Notes: a model not told the origin generated them from the sequence alone. A stretch of 64,000 bases of DNA from an uncultured Bacteroidales bacterium (GCA_937896895.1 CALBNV010000078.1:1408-65407), one strand, 5' to 3'. Shown: positions 10,939 to 21,712, counted from the first letter of the stretch. Program-made: numbers and translations.

Positions 10939-11014
10939 TATTTTTTAGAATTATCGTGCAAAGATATTCAAAAAAATGTAAATTTGCAGTTTGAAAATTC
11001 TAAATTTTACAAAT

Positions 11015-12649
11015 ATGAGAAAAATATTACTTTCATTGGTGGCCTTTTTGTTAACAGGTTCATTATCAGCACAGAACGTGGCGCGAGAATGCGTCTTGTT
11101 TGAAGTTTTCACAGGTGTTAACTGTCCGTATTGTCCTGCGGCGGCGAATGGAATCATGGATATGCTCGAAGAGGGTTACAACATTGCGCCAGTGGCATTT
11201 CACGACAGGAATTTCTCGGTGCCTGAATTTTACACGGACGAAACCGAGGCGAGGAAGAACCTCTATGGCAGTTGGGTCAGCGGCTATCCGACATCCATTT
11301 GCGACGGCGTATCTCATCTGTCGGGCGGCGGCGGAGCATCGGAGACGTTGTTCAACACATATAGGAACTGGTACAACCAGCGTATCAATGTCATGAGCCC
11401 TTACACAATCGAGCTTTCGTACCAGTATCTTGAAGGCTCAACATGCCAGGTCACGGCGGTCGTGAACAAGGTCGGCGAGTGTTCCGCTGCAAACATGCGT
11501 CTTGTCATAGCATTGACAGAATCGCACATCGACCGCGCATGGCAGGGGATGAGCGAACTCAACGCTGTCACGCGCGACCTGATCCCGACACAGAACGGGA
11601 CGACATTGACGAGTGATTCTCAGGTTGTTACGGAGACATTCAGCATGGAAGGCTTCCCGAAGGAGAACATGCAGCTTGTCGCCTGGGTGCAGAGCTGGAC
11701 GACGAAAGAGGTCTTCCAGACGGTGAAACTTTCGATGGCACAGCCGGATCTTAACAAGGATGTCGCACTCAGAGGCATCGACGCCTTGGTGGCCGACAAC
11801 TGCTCCGGTTTTATCCAGCCGATTCTTGAAGTCAAGGCTTGTGGAAAAGAAAATGTCACGAGTATGGAAATCGAGACAAGAGATGCAAACGGTCAGGTGC
11901 TTAACACTTACAACTGGTCGGGGAACGCCGCACAAGGTGAAATGATTCTCGTCAACATGGATGAATACAGCATCGGCGACGCATCTTCACTGGAGTTCGT
12001 GGTGACAAAAGTCAACGGCAGCACTGATGATGCGGCCTTCGACAACAGCCTGTCGAGGACATTGGGAACCGCCAAAGATATGGACGGGACGATTTATTTC
12101 CAAATCAAAACACCGGAGAATCCTGACGAAATGATTATTCAAGTTGAAGATATGCAAACTAATCAAGTCATTGAATATTATACATTTGACAAAGGAAGTA
12201 CGGCTTACAAATTCTATGCTTATCTGCCATCGGCGGGGTGCTACAGACTACAAGTCCTTAATCCGTATGGTACAGGTTGCGGAAAAGGATTCGGACAAAT
12301 TAAAGACGGCTCAGGTCAGTCAATTATCAATTTCTCAAAGTCAAGTAATATATACACATACAGACTTGGTGTAGAGATGCACGCGACGGCGGCGGCTGTC
12401 GGTGAAAATTCTGAAAACGCAAGTGCTGTGGTCTATCCGAATCCCGTGTCTTCACAGATCAACATCAATTCTGAAAACATCATCGGCGTTGAGATTTACA
12501 ATGTGGCGGGGCAGATGGTTTACTCAAGCGACGCAGAGGCTTCATACCTCGTCATCGACGCAGGTTCATTTGATGACGGACTGTATCTCATCAACATCAA
12601 AAACGCTGACGGGACGGTGTCATCACAGAAAATTGTCATCAAAAAATAA
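11015..12649 (+). CDS. T9SS-sorted secreted protein with N-terminal thioredoxin-like (CPYC) domain
   Basis: Signal peptide from ATG 11015 (MRKILLSLVAFLLTGSLSAQ), a CxxC motif (VNCPYCP), and a C-terminal T9SS type-A sorting domain (VYPNPVSSQININ...LYLINIKNADGTVSSQKIVIKK). Confidence 0.7.
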   Translation: MRKILLSLVAFLLTGSLSAQNVARECVLFEVFTGVNCPYCPAAANGIMDMLEEGYNIAPVAFHDRNFSVPEFYTDETEARKNLYGSWVSGYPTSICDGVSHLSGGGGASETLFNTYRNWYNQRINVMSPYTIELSYQYLEGSTCQVTAVVNKVGECSAANMRLVIALTESHIDRAWQGMSELNAVTRDLIPTQNGTTLTSDSQVVTETFSMEGFPKENMQLVAWVQSWTTKEVFQTVKLSMAQPDLNKDVALRGIDALVADNCSGFIQPILEVKACGKENVTSMEIETRDANGQVLNTYNWSGNAAQGEMILVNMDEYSIGDASSLEFVVTKVNGSTDDAAFDNSLSRTLGTAKDMDGTIYFQIKTPENPDEMIIQVEDMQTNQVIEYYTFDKGSTAYKFYAYLPSAGCYRLQVLNPYGTGCGKGFGQIKDGSGQSIINFSKSSNIYTYRLGVEMHATAAAVGENSENASAVVYPNPVSSQININSENIIGVEIYNVAGQMVYSSDAEASYLVIDAGSFDDGLYLINIKNADGTVSSQKIVIKK

Positions 12650-12654
12650 CTGAT

Positions 12655-14013
12655 ATGAAGAAAGTCCATTTCATTGCGGTCGGCGGGAGTGCGATGCACA
12701 ATCTCGCGATCGCCCTGCACAGGAAGGGTTACGAGGTCACAGGTTCTGACGATGAGATCTTTGAGCCGTCGCGCTCGCGTCTCGAAAAAGAAGGCATCCT
12801 CCCTGAGGAGTTCGGCTGGCACCCGGAGTTGCTCGACGACTCGTATGAGGCCGTCATCCTCGGGATGCACGCACGCATCGACAATCCGGAACTCATTCGC
12901 GCACAGGAACTTGGACTTAAGATCTATTCATATCCGGAATATCTTTACGAGCAGAGCAAAGACAAAATCCGTATCGTTGTCGGCGGCAGCCACGGGAAGA
13001 CCACCATCACTTCGATGATTCTTCACGTGATGAAACATGCCGGCATTGAGACGGATTTCATGGTCGGGGCGCAGCTTGAGGGCTTCGATGTGATGGTGCG
13101 CCTCAGCGAAACGGCGAAGTACATGGTCATCGAGGGCGATGAATATCTGACGTCGCCCATCGACCGTGTGCCGAAATTCCACAAATATCATCCTAATATC
13201 GCGGTAATCAGCGGGATAGGGTGGGACCACGTCAACGTCTTCCCGACTTTCGACAGCTATCTCGAACAATTCAGGATTTTCATCAGGACGATAGAGAAGG
13301 GCGGCTGCCTCATTTACGACGGCAACGACAACGAGTGCGGGAAACTCGCGGCAGCCGCGAAAGTGCCTGTCTTCGGCTATGACTTCCACAAAAGCCGTGT
13401 CGCCGACGATTGCACTTACTTGGTCCTTCCGAACGGTAAGGAAGAGAAAGTGCAGGTCTTCGGCCAACATAACATGAAGAATATCAACGCGGCACGTTTC
13501 GTTGCTCATCAGATAGGCGTCAACGACGCGATGTTTTATGAAGCGATGAAGACGTTCAAGGGCGCGGCACGCAGGCTTGAGATGCTTTTTGAAGACAAAG
13601 AGAAAGACAATGTCGTCTTCCGCGACTTTGCACACGCTCCGTCGAAAGTGCTTGCGACGGTAAAGGCATTGCGTGAGCAGTATTCAAAGAAGAACCTACT
13701 GGTTGTCTTTGAGCTGCATACATACAGCAGCCTCAGTGAGGTATTCATCGACCATTATGCGAATTGTCTTGACGACTGCGACCAAGCCGTCGTCTTCTAC
13801 GACCCGCACGCTGTCGCCATCAAGAAGTTGGAGATGATGACCGACGGGCGCATCGTTGAAGGGTTCAGACGTCCCGACATCAGGGTCGTCCATTCGAAAG
13901 ACGAGCTTGTCGCGCTCTTGAACGAGAAGCCATACGAAAACACCGTCGGCGCATTCATGAGCAGCGGCGACTTCAACGGCTTGACGACTGAAGACCTGAA
14001 GAGAGTCTTTTAG
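12655..14013 (+). CDS. mpl: UDP-N-acetylmuramate:L-alanyl-gamma-D-glutamyl-meso-diaminopimelate ligase
   Basis: 452 aa with a Mur ligase layout. The N-terminus is HFIAVGGSAMHNLAIAL, the P-loop is VGGSHGKTTITSM, and the length is Mpl-like. Confidence 0.8.
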   Translation: MKKVHFIAVGGSAMHNLAIALHRKGYEVTGSDDEIFEPSRSRLEKEGILPEEFGWHPELLDDSYEAVILGMHARIDNPELIRAQELGLKIYSYPEYLYEQSKDKIRIVVGGSHGKTTITSMILHVMKHAGIETDFMVGAQLEGFDVMVRLSETAKYMVIEGDEYLTSPIDRVPKFHKYHPNIAVISGIGWDHVNVFPTFDSYLEQFRIFIRTIEKGGCLIYDGNDNECGKLAAAAKVPVFGYDFHKSRVADDCTYLVLPNGKEEKVQVFGQHNMKNINAARFVAHQIGVNDAMFYEAMKTFKGAARRLEMLFEDKEKDNVVFRDFAHAPSKVLATVKALREQYSKKNLLVVFELHTYSSLSEVFIDHYANCLDDCDQAVVFYDPHAVAIKKLEMMTDGRIVEGFRRPDIRVVHSKDELVALLNEKPYENTVGAFMSSGDFNGLTTEDLKRVF

Positions 14014-14044
14014 GTGCTGCCGTACACACGCTGCCGTGTGACAG

Positions 14045-16504
14045 CTAAAAGCTGAACGTAATCTTAATCTTGTAAGCGAAGTTATCGCTCATTTTATCAA
14101 AGGAATACGGGCCGTAGCGGTACATGCATGAAAAACCGATGTGGGAGGTTCCGAGGTCAAGGATGTTGCCGATGGCGAGGCCGCTCTCGTAATAGCCGTC
14201 TTTTATGGATTTGAAGTCGTGGGCTGTTGTCGTGTATCTGTCGGGGTCTTCTAAATCGCCGATGCCGATGTTGGTGACGAAGATGAACTCCGGCCTGAAT
14301 CTGCTGGATCTGAAAAGCCTGCCGAAGTTATGGCTGAAAAACAACGCCGCGAACCTGTCGCAGAAGAACTCGTTCGACCCCATCGTCGAGAAACTCTCCG
14401 TCGCATATATCCCGAATCCGGAGCCTGTCCCGAACATGCTGAAGACCTCGTTGAAAGGGATGTCGCCGAAGACATAACCGGCTTGGATTGTCAACGACGT
14501 CTTGCCGATGTAACGGAATTTCCAGTGGTCGGAATACTGAAGCTGGATCTTGTCGAAATTGTGTGGGCTGCTGAAAACGCCTTTCATACCTTTCTGGTAG
14601 CCGACCCAGATCTCGGGCTTGCCTCTCTCGACGACGACAAGGCCTTTCGGACTGCCCATCAGTCGCTCTCCTAAAGCGATTCTCAATCTGAAATCGAGCT
14701 TTGAAATCTTGAACTGCCCCCAATAGTCGTTGCGCTTGCCGTAATAATCATCATCAACGCCGCTGACGCTGAACTTCACGAATCCCTGGAAAATCCTGCC
14801 GAAACGACGTGACAACTCGGCCGACAGCGAGGTGTTGAGCGTTGTCCATTTGGTATAATAATATTTGAAATAACTCTCATCGAGAGCGTTGTATTCGTTT
14901 CCTGAAAAACCGTAGTCTCCGACTTTTACAAATTTCCTGTCGAAGGTGAGATTCATGTCGAGGTTATGTTTCTTGTCCATCCTGACGAAGAAGTTCCCGC
15001 CATAATTCGGTTTTTTTGCAGCGAACCAATAGCCGCCGTACGCGCCTACGCTGATTCGTTTCGACACTTTCTGGTTTGTCTTCGCGCCGACTCCGAGGTA
15101 AAAACCGTTTGCGTCGTTGTATGAAAGGATCTCGTTGAGTTTCAAGTCTATCGGCCCTGCCGGAATGCAGCCGTCTCCCATGATTGTCATGGCGTTGTCA
15201 AAAAGTTTGTCGGCATCAATCTTGGCCTTTTTCTCCATTCTGTTGACGAAAGCGTTGGTCCTCGCGACTCTTCTGCTCACGCTGTCGTTGCGGTATTGCC
15301 GCCAGAAATCTTCGTCTTTATCCGTTGAGTTATCTGCGATGTCGATGTCGGTGTTGCCGAAAATCTTGTCGCTGATGTCTTCGTTCACTCTGATGTTGCT
15401 GATGTAGCTTTTGCCGATTCCGAGCAGCTTGACAGTGTTTTCCTGTCCCGGCTTGGCTGAAATATACACTTCGTCTTTGCCGTCGGTGAACATCTCTAAA
15501 AACTCTATGTCGGTGTTGAGCTGTTGCGGGAACCACACTGAATCATTGACTTTCGCATACAACTGCTGGATCTTTAACTTGATGTTGAACAAGGCGTCGG
15601 ACTTTTGTTCCACCGCAGGTTCGGCCTTGACGTTCGCCACCGCCCAGCCGTCGGAGTGTATCGTCAGAACGCCTCTCAGCCCGTCGAAAGTCGCTCCGCG
15701 CCTCGGCTTGAAGGAAATCTGGAAAATCGTGTCGTTACCTCCGGCGGGCACCTCCGACTCGATGTTGAAGAAATATCTCGACGTGCTTCCCGGAGTGATG
15801 GGGTTGACGTAGTCTTTGTTGTCGATTCTGATGAAATCGTCGTAGAAACTCAGGCTCTGCATTCCCTCGATGACGTAGAAATACATCGGGTTCGACAGCC
15901 CTGTGATGAAGTTTGCCTTGATCTCCTTCTTGTTTTTGTTCGGCTTCTTGTGATATTTTTCCGAAACGGTCTCCATGATCATCAGGTCGCTGCGGCGCAC
16001 GAAGTTGTTGATGTTCATCAGCGCGGTGTCGGTGATCAAGGTGGTGTCGAGCGTCAGAATCATCCTGTCGAAGATGGTGTACGAATATGAATTGAGGTTT
16101 TCCGGATTGTTGCGCTTACGGTTTCTGATCACGTTTTCGATGATGCGATGTGCGGGGTTCTCGCCAGCGTGAATGACAACTTCTTGTAATTCAATGTCTT
16201 CGCTCTGCATGATGATCTGAAGGCTCACCTCACCGCCTTCTGTGATGTCAATCTTCTTCGATTTGTATCCGACGTATGAAAACGTCAGTTTCTTGATTTC
16301 ATCGCGGCTTCTTATCTCAAAATTGCCGTCAATGTCGGTCGTGGTTCCGAGAGTGCCGTTGTCGTTTATCACGATGTTGACGAACGCCAGGTTCTGCTTC
16401 GTCAGACTGTCGGCAACGTGACCGTCTATTTTGTAAATCTGGGCGTTTGTCGCTAATGTTATGAATATCAATATTATATTTAGAAAAAACCTGATAGTTT
16501 TCAT
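14045..16504 (-). CDS. carboxypeptidase-regulatory-like domain protein (DUF5686-type large outer-membrane-associated protein)
   Basis: 819 aa with a signal peptide. The N-terminal CarboxypepD_reg-like segment is IDGHVADSLTKQNLAFVNIVINDNGTLGTTTDIDGNFEI. The C-terminal half is beta-rich and ends in an aromatic residue. Confidence 0.6.
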   Translation of the reverse strand: MKTIRFFLNIILIFITLATNAQIYKIDGHVADSLTKQNLAFVNIVINDNGTLGTTTDIDGNFEIRSRDEIKKLTFSYVGYKSKKIDITEGGEVSLQIIMQSEDIELQEVVIHAGENPAHRIIENVIRNRKRNNPENLNSYSYTIFDRMILTLDTTLITDTALMNINNFVRRSDLMIMETVSEKYHKKPNKNKKEIKANFITGLSNPMYFYVIEGMQSLSFYDDFIRIDNKDYVNPITPGSTSRYFFNIESEVPAGGNDTIFQISFKPRRGATFDGLRGVLTIHSDGWAVANVKAEPAVEQKSDALFNIKLKIQQLYAKVNDSVWFPQQLNTDIEFLEMFTDGKDEVYISAKPGQENTVKLLGIGKSYISNIRVNEDISDKIFGNTDIDIADNSTDKDEDFWRQYRNDSVSRRVARTNAFVNRMEKKAKIDADKLFDNAMTIMGDGCIPAGPIDLKLNEILSYNDANGFYLGVGAKTNQKVSKRISVGAYGGYWFAAKKPNYGGNFFVRMDKKHNLDMNLTFDRKFVKVGDYGFSGNEYNALDESYFKYYYTKWTTLNTSLSAELSRRFGRIFQGFVKFSVSGVDDDYYGKRNDYWGQFKISKLDFRLRIALGERLMGSPKGLVVVERGKPEIWVGYQKGMKGVFSSPHNFDKIQLQYSDHWKFRYIGKTSLTIQAGYVFGDIPFNEVFSMFGTGSGFGIYATESFSTMGSNEFFCDRFAALFFSHNFGRLFRSSRFRPEFIFVTNIGIGDLEDPDRYTTTAHDFKSIKDGYYESGLAIGNILDLGTSHIGFSCMYRYGPYSFDKMSDNFAYKIKITFSF

Positions 16505-16603
16505 TCTTGACTTGAAATTTTCTGCAAAAATAATATTTTTTCAAATAAGGTTGCCGCTTTTGGAATTTTACCGTATTTTTGTGAAAATTTTGAGAGTTTT
16601 ATT

Positions 16604-17233
16604 ATGGCAGACGGATATTTGGAAAGACGCATGGATGAGTTCAATTTCGGCGCGAAAAAGACGGTGAAACACGTTTCATTGGACACTTTATTTGAAAAAA
16701 ACCGCAGTTACCGTGGTTATAAGACGGATTTCATAGTTCAGCAAGACATGCTTGAGCGCATCGTCAACGTGAACACCAAGATTGCATCGGGCAAAAATCA
16801 GCAAGCGCTTCGTTTTAAGTTAGTTACGAAAGGCGAAGACGCTGATTTCGTCAACGGAAACATCAAGCTCGGCGGAATGCTGCCCGAACTTCATCTGCCG
16901 TACGAAGGCACTGAACCGGAGGCTTTCGTCATCGTCTGCGGCTCCGTCCCTGAAAACAAAATCCTCGACATCGACCTCGGAATATCGCTTCAGAGCATGT
17001 CGCTGAAAGCAACGGAAATGGGACTTAACGCATTGATTATTTGCGCGTTCAATAAAGCCAATATCGCAGAACATTTCAATCTGAAATACGAACCGCTGGC
17101 GATTCTCGCAGTCGGAAAAGGCACAGAAAACATAAAGTTGAAACCGATCTCGCCGGAGGAAAGCAAGGCTTATTTCCGTGAGGACGGCGTTCATTATGTT
17201 CCGAAACTGAGATTAGAAGACATAATTTTGTAA
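16604..17233 (+). CDS. nitroreductase family protein
   Basis: 209 aa with a nitroreductase-like sequence (RSYRGYK...QQALRFKLV...LGISLQSMSLKATEMGL). Confidence 0.7.
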   Translation: MADGYLERRMDEFNFGAKKTVKHVSLDTLFEKNRSYRGYKTDFIVQQDMLERIVNVNTKIASGKNQQALRFKLVTKGEDADFVNGNIKLGGMLPELHLPYEGTEPEAFVIVCGSVPENKILDIDLGISLQSMSLKATEMGLNALIICAFNKANIAEHFNLKYEPLAILAVGKGTENIKLKPISPEESKAYFREDGVHYVPKLRLEDIIL

Positions 17234-17251
17234 AATCAAAAATTTAATATC

Positions 17252-17650
17252 ATGACAAGACAGGAATATTATCAGAAAAATCAGGAATGGCTTGCTGAAA
17301 AAGCCAAGGAAGAAGGCGTGGTTGCATTACCTAAAGGCATATATTACAAGGTGTTAGCGTCTGGCGAAGACAACGGAGTCACCGCCACGAGAAACAGCAT
17401 CGTCACGGCTCATTATGCAGGAAGAACCATCGATGGCAAGCAGTTTGACAGCAGCTTCGGCGGCGAGCCGCTCACGATACGCCTCCGCGAACTCATCGAA
17501 GGCTGGGTCATTGCGATGCAGCAGATGCACGTCGGCGACAAATGGGAGCTTTACCTTCCGTCCGAAATGGGCTACGGCAACTATTCGATGCCAGGAATCC
17601 CGGCCGGCTCAACACTGATCTTTGAAATAGAACTGCTTGCTATTCAGTAG
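17252..17650 (+). CDS. FKBP-type peptidyl-prolyl cis-trans isomerase
   Basis: 132 aa with the canonical FKBP core (VTAHYAGRTIDGKQFDSSF...LIEGWVIAMQQMHVGDKWELYLPSEMGYG...IPAGSTLIFEIELL). Confidence 0.9.
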   Translation: MTRQEYYQKNQEWLAEKAKEEGVVALPKGIYYKVLASGEDNGVTATRNSIVTAHYAGRTIDGKQFDSSFGGEPLTIRLRELIEGWVIAMQQMHVGDKWELYLPSEMGYGNYSMPGIPAGSTLIFEIELLAIQ

Positions 17651-17726
17651 GAGATCGAGGTGATTAGGAGTTTTAGGTAATTAGGAATTTAAGGAAAACC
17701 GCGTGGCGGTTGCATATCAATTAGTT

Positions 17727-19010
17727 ATGAATGAGATTTTGATTCTCCGCTCGTCGTTTCAGACCGATGAGTATGTAAAAAAAGAATACGCCGAGCTGCT
17801 GCGCTTGCTCACAGAGAAATGTGGTGCAAGTTTCAGGGTGATAGGCGAGGAGATGCCGCTTCCACAAATCAAGAAGCATGATACAATCCTTGTGGCGACA
17901 GGTGGAGTTGAAGGACTTTTTGTCAAACTCCTTGAAAATGAATTTGTTGCTGAAAATGTCACGCTGATTGCCGACGGCAGGAACAACTCGCTCGCGGCAT
18001 CAATGGAGATCCTGACTTATCTCAATGAAAAAGGCGGAAACGGCAAAATCATTCACGGAACTAACGAGGAAATCGTTGCGGATCTGCTTGGTCCACAACA
18101 AATTAAGTCGGATGAAAAACTTGTCTCAAATGTCAATGCCGAAAACGTTAAAAGCAGCAGACTCATTGAATTTAATCGAATCGCCATCTTCGGCGAGCCG
18201 TCCGACTGGCTCATCGCAAGCGGCGTTGACCGTGAATTTGTCAAGGAAAAATTCAACGTCGATTTTGTGAATGTCGATATTGAACGTCTTGTTGCGCGAG
18301 TGCAACTCATTGATGATGAGATGGTTGAACTGTTAGCTAAAGATTATGAAGACTCCAGCATCTCCTTCGGTGAAGCGAATCACCGCGATTTGTTGAACTC
18401 ACTGAAACTGTATTTGGCGATAAGTCAGATTTGCCATGAGGAAAACTGCACTTGTCTGACAATCAGGTGTTTTGACATAGTGAAACGGCTCAATGCGACG
18501 AGTTGTCTCGCGCTTGCGATGCTCAACGACGAAGGTATCGACGCTTCGTGCGAGGGCGACCTGCAATCGCTGCTTACCATGATTGTGGCTCGTAGGATTG
18601 CATGGCAGCCCGCGTTCATGGCAAACCCGTCAGGTATGTCGAAAGAAAACGGAACCACTACCTTCGCGCATTGCACCGTACCGATGTCGATGTGCAGAAA
18701 ATATGGTTTCAGAAGTCACTTCGAGTCAGGACTTGGAATCGCGATAGCAGGGGAGATGCCTGTCAATCAGAAATATACGATTTTCAAATGGGGCGGCAGA
18801 CGGCTTGAGCGTTTCTTCGTCGAAGAGGTTGACGCGGTCGAAAAACCGTATAGCGAGCATCTTTGCAGAACACAGATAACGTTTAAATTCTATAAGGCGG
18901 AATACATGCTGAACTGCCCGATCGGCAACCACCACATTATTATTAAAGGTGCGGTTGCCGCAAAAATCAGGCAAGCGATGAAAGAAATCGGAGTGGAGGA
19001 GGTGATGTAA
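17727..19010 (+). CDS. L-fucose/L-arabinose isomerase-like family protein (tentative)
   Basis: About 427 aa from ATG 17727. The central region (LTIRCFDIV...TSCLALAMLNDEGIDASCEGDLQSLL) resembles the sugar-isomerase fold family. This is recalled by eye only. Confidence 0.4.
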   Translation: MNEILILRSSFQTDEYVKKEYAELLRLLTEKCGASFRVIGEEMPLPQIKKHDTILVATGGVEGLFVKLLENEFVAENVTLIADGRNNSLAASMEILTYLNEKGGNGKIIHGTNEEIVADLLGPQQIKSDEKLVSNVNAENVKSSRLIEFNRIAIFGEPSDWLIASGVDREFVKEKFNVDFVNVDIERLVARVQLIDDEMVELLAKDYEDSSISFGEANHRDLLNSLKLYLAISQICHEENCTCLTIRCFDIVKRLNATSCLALAMLNDEGIDASCEGDLQSLLTMIVARRIAWQPAFMANPSGMSKENGTTTFAHCTVPMSMCRKYGFRSHFESGLGIAIAGEMPVNQKYTIFKWGGRRLERFFVEEVDAVEKPYSEHLCRTQITFKFYKAEYMLNCPIGNHHIIIKGAVAAKIRQAMKEIGVEEVM

Positions 19011-19063
19011 AACAAAAATGAGGTCTATGGGTCATTTTGCGTGATGAGACATAGGCGCTATTG

Positions 19064-19540
19064 TCACGGGTGTTTGTGATTTGCGGTCCAGTCCATCGCA
19101 GCCTTCGCCCTGTTCCTGGACTCTTCAAGGATCTCAAGGGCTTGGCTGTTGAGCCACCGCTCCTCTTCGGTCACGGGCGTTATGACGATGCCGTGCGGCC
19201 TCGAATGATGGTTCTCGTCGAGATACGCGAACGTGGCGAAACCATCGGCGGCCGTCTTCTCCGGCTCGCGGCTGCGGTACATCTTCGTGTAAACGGTGAT
19301 GGTCGATTTGCCTGCCGCCACGACCTTGCTCTCGAATGTCACGATGTCGCCCGCGAAAATCGGGAACTTGAAGTCGATGCCGTGAAGCACCAGAAGCACC
19401 GTGTCCTTCGTGTCAACGTACTGCGCCACAGCGAAATATGAACTCTCCAGGAAATACTCCGAACAGCGTCCGGCAAAAAAGGTCTGGTGATGGTTGAGGT
19501 CGGCCAACTTGATGAGCCGCTGGGAAAAAGTTGCTTGCAT
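19064..19540 (-). CDS. acyl-CoA thioesterase (hotdog fold)
   Basis: 158 aa with an acyl-CoA thioester hydrolase-like sequence (NHHQTFFAGRCSEYFLES...IDFKFPIFAGDIVTFESKVV). Confidence 0.65.
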   Translation of the reverse strand: MQATFSQRLIKLADLNHHQTFFAGRCSEYFLESSYFAVAQYVDTKDTVLLVLHGIDFKFPIFAGDIVTFESKVVAAGKSTITVYTKMYRSREPEKTAADGFATFAYLDENHHSRPHGIVITPVTEEERWLNSQALEILEESRNRAKAAMDWTANHKHP

Positions 19541-19938
19541 TGTGTCGGTTTTTATTATGTTATGAGTTTGTCTATTACAGGGTAAATGGATGTTTGACGT
19601 GGAAACTGCCGCCGGTGATCACAGACGACAGCCTCGTCCTGACACCCGTCACGAATCGAGCCTGCAAAATATTCTCTCTTCGTGACTTTTCACCCTGAAA
19701 TCCGCTGCAAAAATACACCTCTTTTCCGAAAACTTCATCAAAAATTTGAAATTTGTTGCCCGACTGAAAATATTTTAATTTTTCTCTTGCATGTTGCCAA
19801 TGAGTAACATATCTTTGCTGGCTGAAATTTGACAGATGAAAAATGATAAAAATCGATGTGATACGGGACGTAAAATCATAGATGCTGCTGTTCAAATCAT
19901 TGACAGGATTATTCACAGGTAAATTTAAACTAAAAAAT

Positions 19939-20781
19939 ATGACAGACGAAAAATTAAAGATTTTGGAAGGTTACGCCCCGACTTACCGTTTCAGGATGCA
20001 GCTGCATTCGATGGTTTACGGCAGGGACGCCGGCAAGGTGCGGGAAGTGGAATCGTTCCTGAAGGAGATTGTTGAAAAAAGTGATTTCTCGATGTGCGTC
20101 CGCGCCGATGATTTTGAGAAAATCGTTGAGTCAGACAGAGTTAAGAGTATGTTTGAGACCGGGCACGGCACGAGCAACGGAGGCATCGAGACACGCCGGG
20201 AATGGGTGAGACGAATGTACGGAGTCAATCCAAACAGCCTTGAAAACTCCGATTTCCCGAAATACGGCGTCCTGACCGGAAAAAACAAGGTCGCCGACCT
20301 CGCGCGTGACCCGGACTTGTTCTATCATTACGGCTCCATAATGCTGACTTTGCGAAAGGAGAATTTCATCGACCGCACGACGATGACCGTCGGAAGCAGC
20401 TTCAACTTCGATGAGTCGCTGCTCAAGTCCCCGACTTTTGTCAAAGACCCCAAGGCATTATGTATCAAGGGATTCCCGACAGACCCGACTTTGAATAAGG
20501 GCGGCTGGTTCAACGGGCTGATGTTCTTTTACGACATGTTGAAAAGCGGAAAACTCTCCGTTTCAAAGCCAAATTGCCTCTCCATCGCCGCCGATGACAT
20601 GCCTGGATTCGAGAATTACGAGCTGCAGTTCCACGGCGAGATCGTCTTCTCGCGCGATGTCGAGGCGGTGACGTATTTCCCGCTCCAAGGCAACGAAGAG
20701 GAGATAATCGCAAAGACGGCGCCGAAACTCGACGCGCTCGGAATCAGACATGACGGGTTCATGTCGGGCCTGCTGTTGTGA
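19939..20781 (+). CDS. hypothetical protein
   Basis: 280 aa from ATG 19939 (MTDEKLK); the track start at 19882 adds an unlikely leader. I recognise no family with confidence. Confidence 0.5.
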   Translation: MTDEKLKILEGYAPTYRFRMQLHSMVYGRDAGKVREVESFLKEIVEKSDFSMCVRADDFEKIVESDRVKSMFETGHGTSNGGIETRREWVRRMYGVNPNSLENSDFPKYGVLTGKNKVADLARDPDLFYHYGSIMLTLRKENFIDRTTMTVGSSFNFDESLLKSPTFVKDPKALCIKGFPTDPTLNKGGWFNGLMFFYDMLKSGKLSVSKPNCLSIAADDMPGFENYELQFHGEIVFSRDVEAVTYFPLQGNEEEIIAKTAPKLDALGIRHDGFMSGLLL

Positions 20782-20884
20782 TAAGTGTCTGATATTTAAG
20801 CAAATAAAAAATAATTGAGAAATCGCTTGACTCGTCCGTAACGTCATGGTGTAATTTTGCAGCGAATAACAAGTGCACGGTGTT

Positions 20885-21712
20885 ATGAATGTAAACAAAT
20901 TAAAAATCGGTGACTTTTCGCGCCTCTGCCGCGTGACGGTTCGGACGCTCAGGCATTACGAGGAAATCGGGCTGTTCAAGCCTGAAATCGTCGATGAATG
21001 GACCGGCTACCGGTATTATTCGGTCGGTCAGTTCCAGAAAATGCAGGACATCTTGATGTTGAAGGAGTTGGGATTTTCGTTGGAAGAGATTCGCGAGCTT
21101 TTTGAAGAAGAGACACATTATCCTTCGATAAAAGTCCTTGAAGACAAGATTCGCATCTGCGAGACTGAGCTTCAGCGACTTAAGAAACGTCAGACACAGC
21201 TGAAGGCGTTGGTGAAGTCCCAAAAAAAGAAACAGAAAATGGAACAAATCACAATTGAGAGACTGCCGGCGATTATCGTAGCGGCGCACAGAACGGTCAT
21301 TCCGTGTTATGAAAGACTTGGCGAGCTGATTTGCAACGTCATCATGCCGGAAATGATCAGGATTAACTGCAAATGCGCTAATCCAGGTTATTGTTATACA
21401 ATAGAATATGGCGGTTATAAACCGCAAAACATCGACATTGAATATTGTGAACAGATGACCGAGAAAGGCGTGGACACCGACATCATTAAATTCAAGGAGA
21501 TCTCTGAAGTGCCGACGGCGGTCTGCATGAAGGTTTTTGGAAGTTACGACAAACTTTATCAAGCCTATCTTGATGTTTTCGCGTGGATTGAGAAGGAAGG
21601 CTACAAGGTCACCGGCGAACCGCGAGCCAACTACGTCGATGGCGTATGGAACGAGGACAACCCTGAAAGGTGGCTGACAATCATCCAAGTGCCGGTGGAG
21701 AAAGTCGGATAA
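20885..21712 (+). CDS. MerR family transcriptional regulator with GyrI-like effector-binding domain
   Basis: The N-terminal MerR HTH is KIGDFSRLCRVTVRTLRHYEEIGL...YRYYS. A coiled coil follows, then a GyrI/BmrR-type C-terminal domain. Confidence 0.85.
   Translation: MNVNKLKIGDFSRLCRVTVRTLRHYEEIGLFKPEIVDEWTGYRYYSVGQFQKMQDILMLKELGFSLEEIRELFEEETHYPSIKVLEDKIRICETELQRLKKRQTQLKALVKSQKKKQKMEQITIERLPAIIVAAHRTVIPCYERLGELICNVIMPEMIRINCKCANPGYCYTIEYGGYKPQNIDIEYCEQMTEKGVDTDIIKFKEISEVPTAVCMKVFGSYDKLYQAYLDVFAWIEKEGYKVTGEPRANYVDGVWNEDNPERWLTIIQVPVEKVG

Noticed and set aside
19541-19938. A 400-bp intergenic region with a 113-aa minus-strand ORF (19575-19916); I also considered a riboswitch (the GGTGAAAAG-like string on the minus strand)
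   Set aside because: The ORF has no recognisable family and would overlap the promoter of the + strand gene, whose TATCTTTG box lies near 19810. The riboswitch idea fails because I could not find the other conserved cobalamin or TPP boxes, and the downstream thioesterase gene is not a typical riboswitch target.
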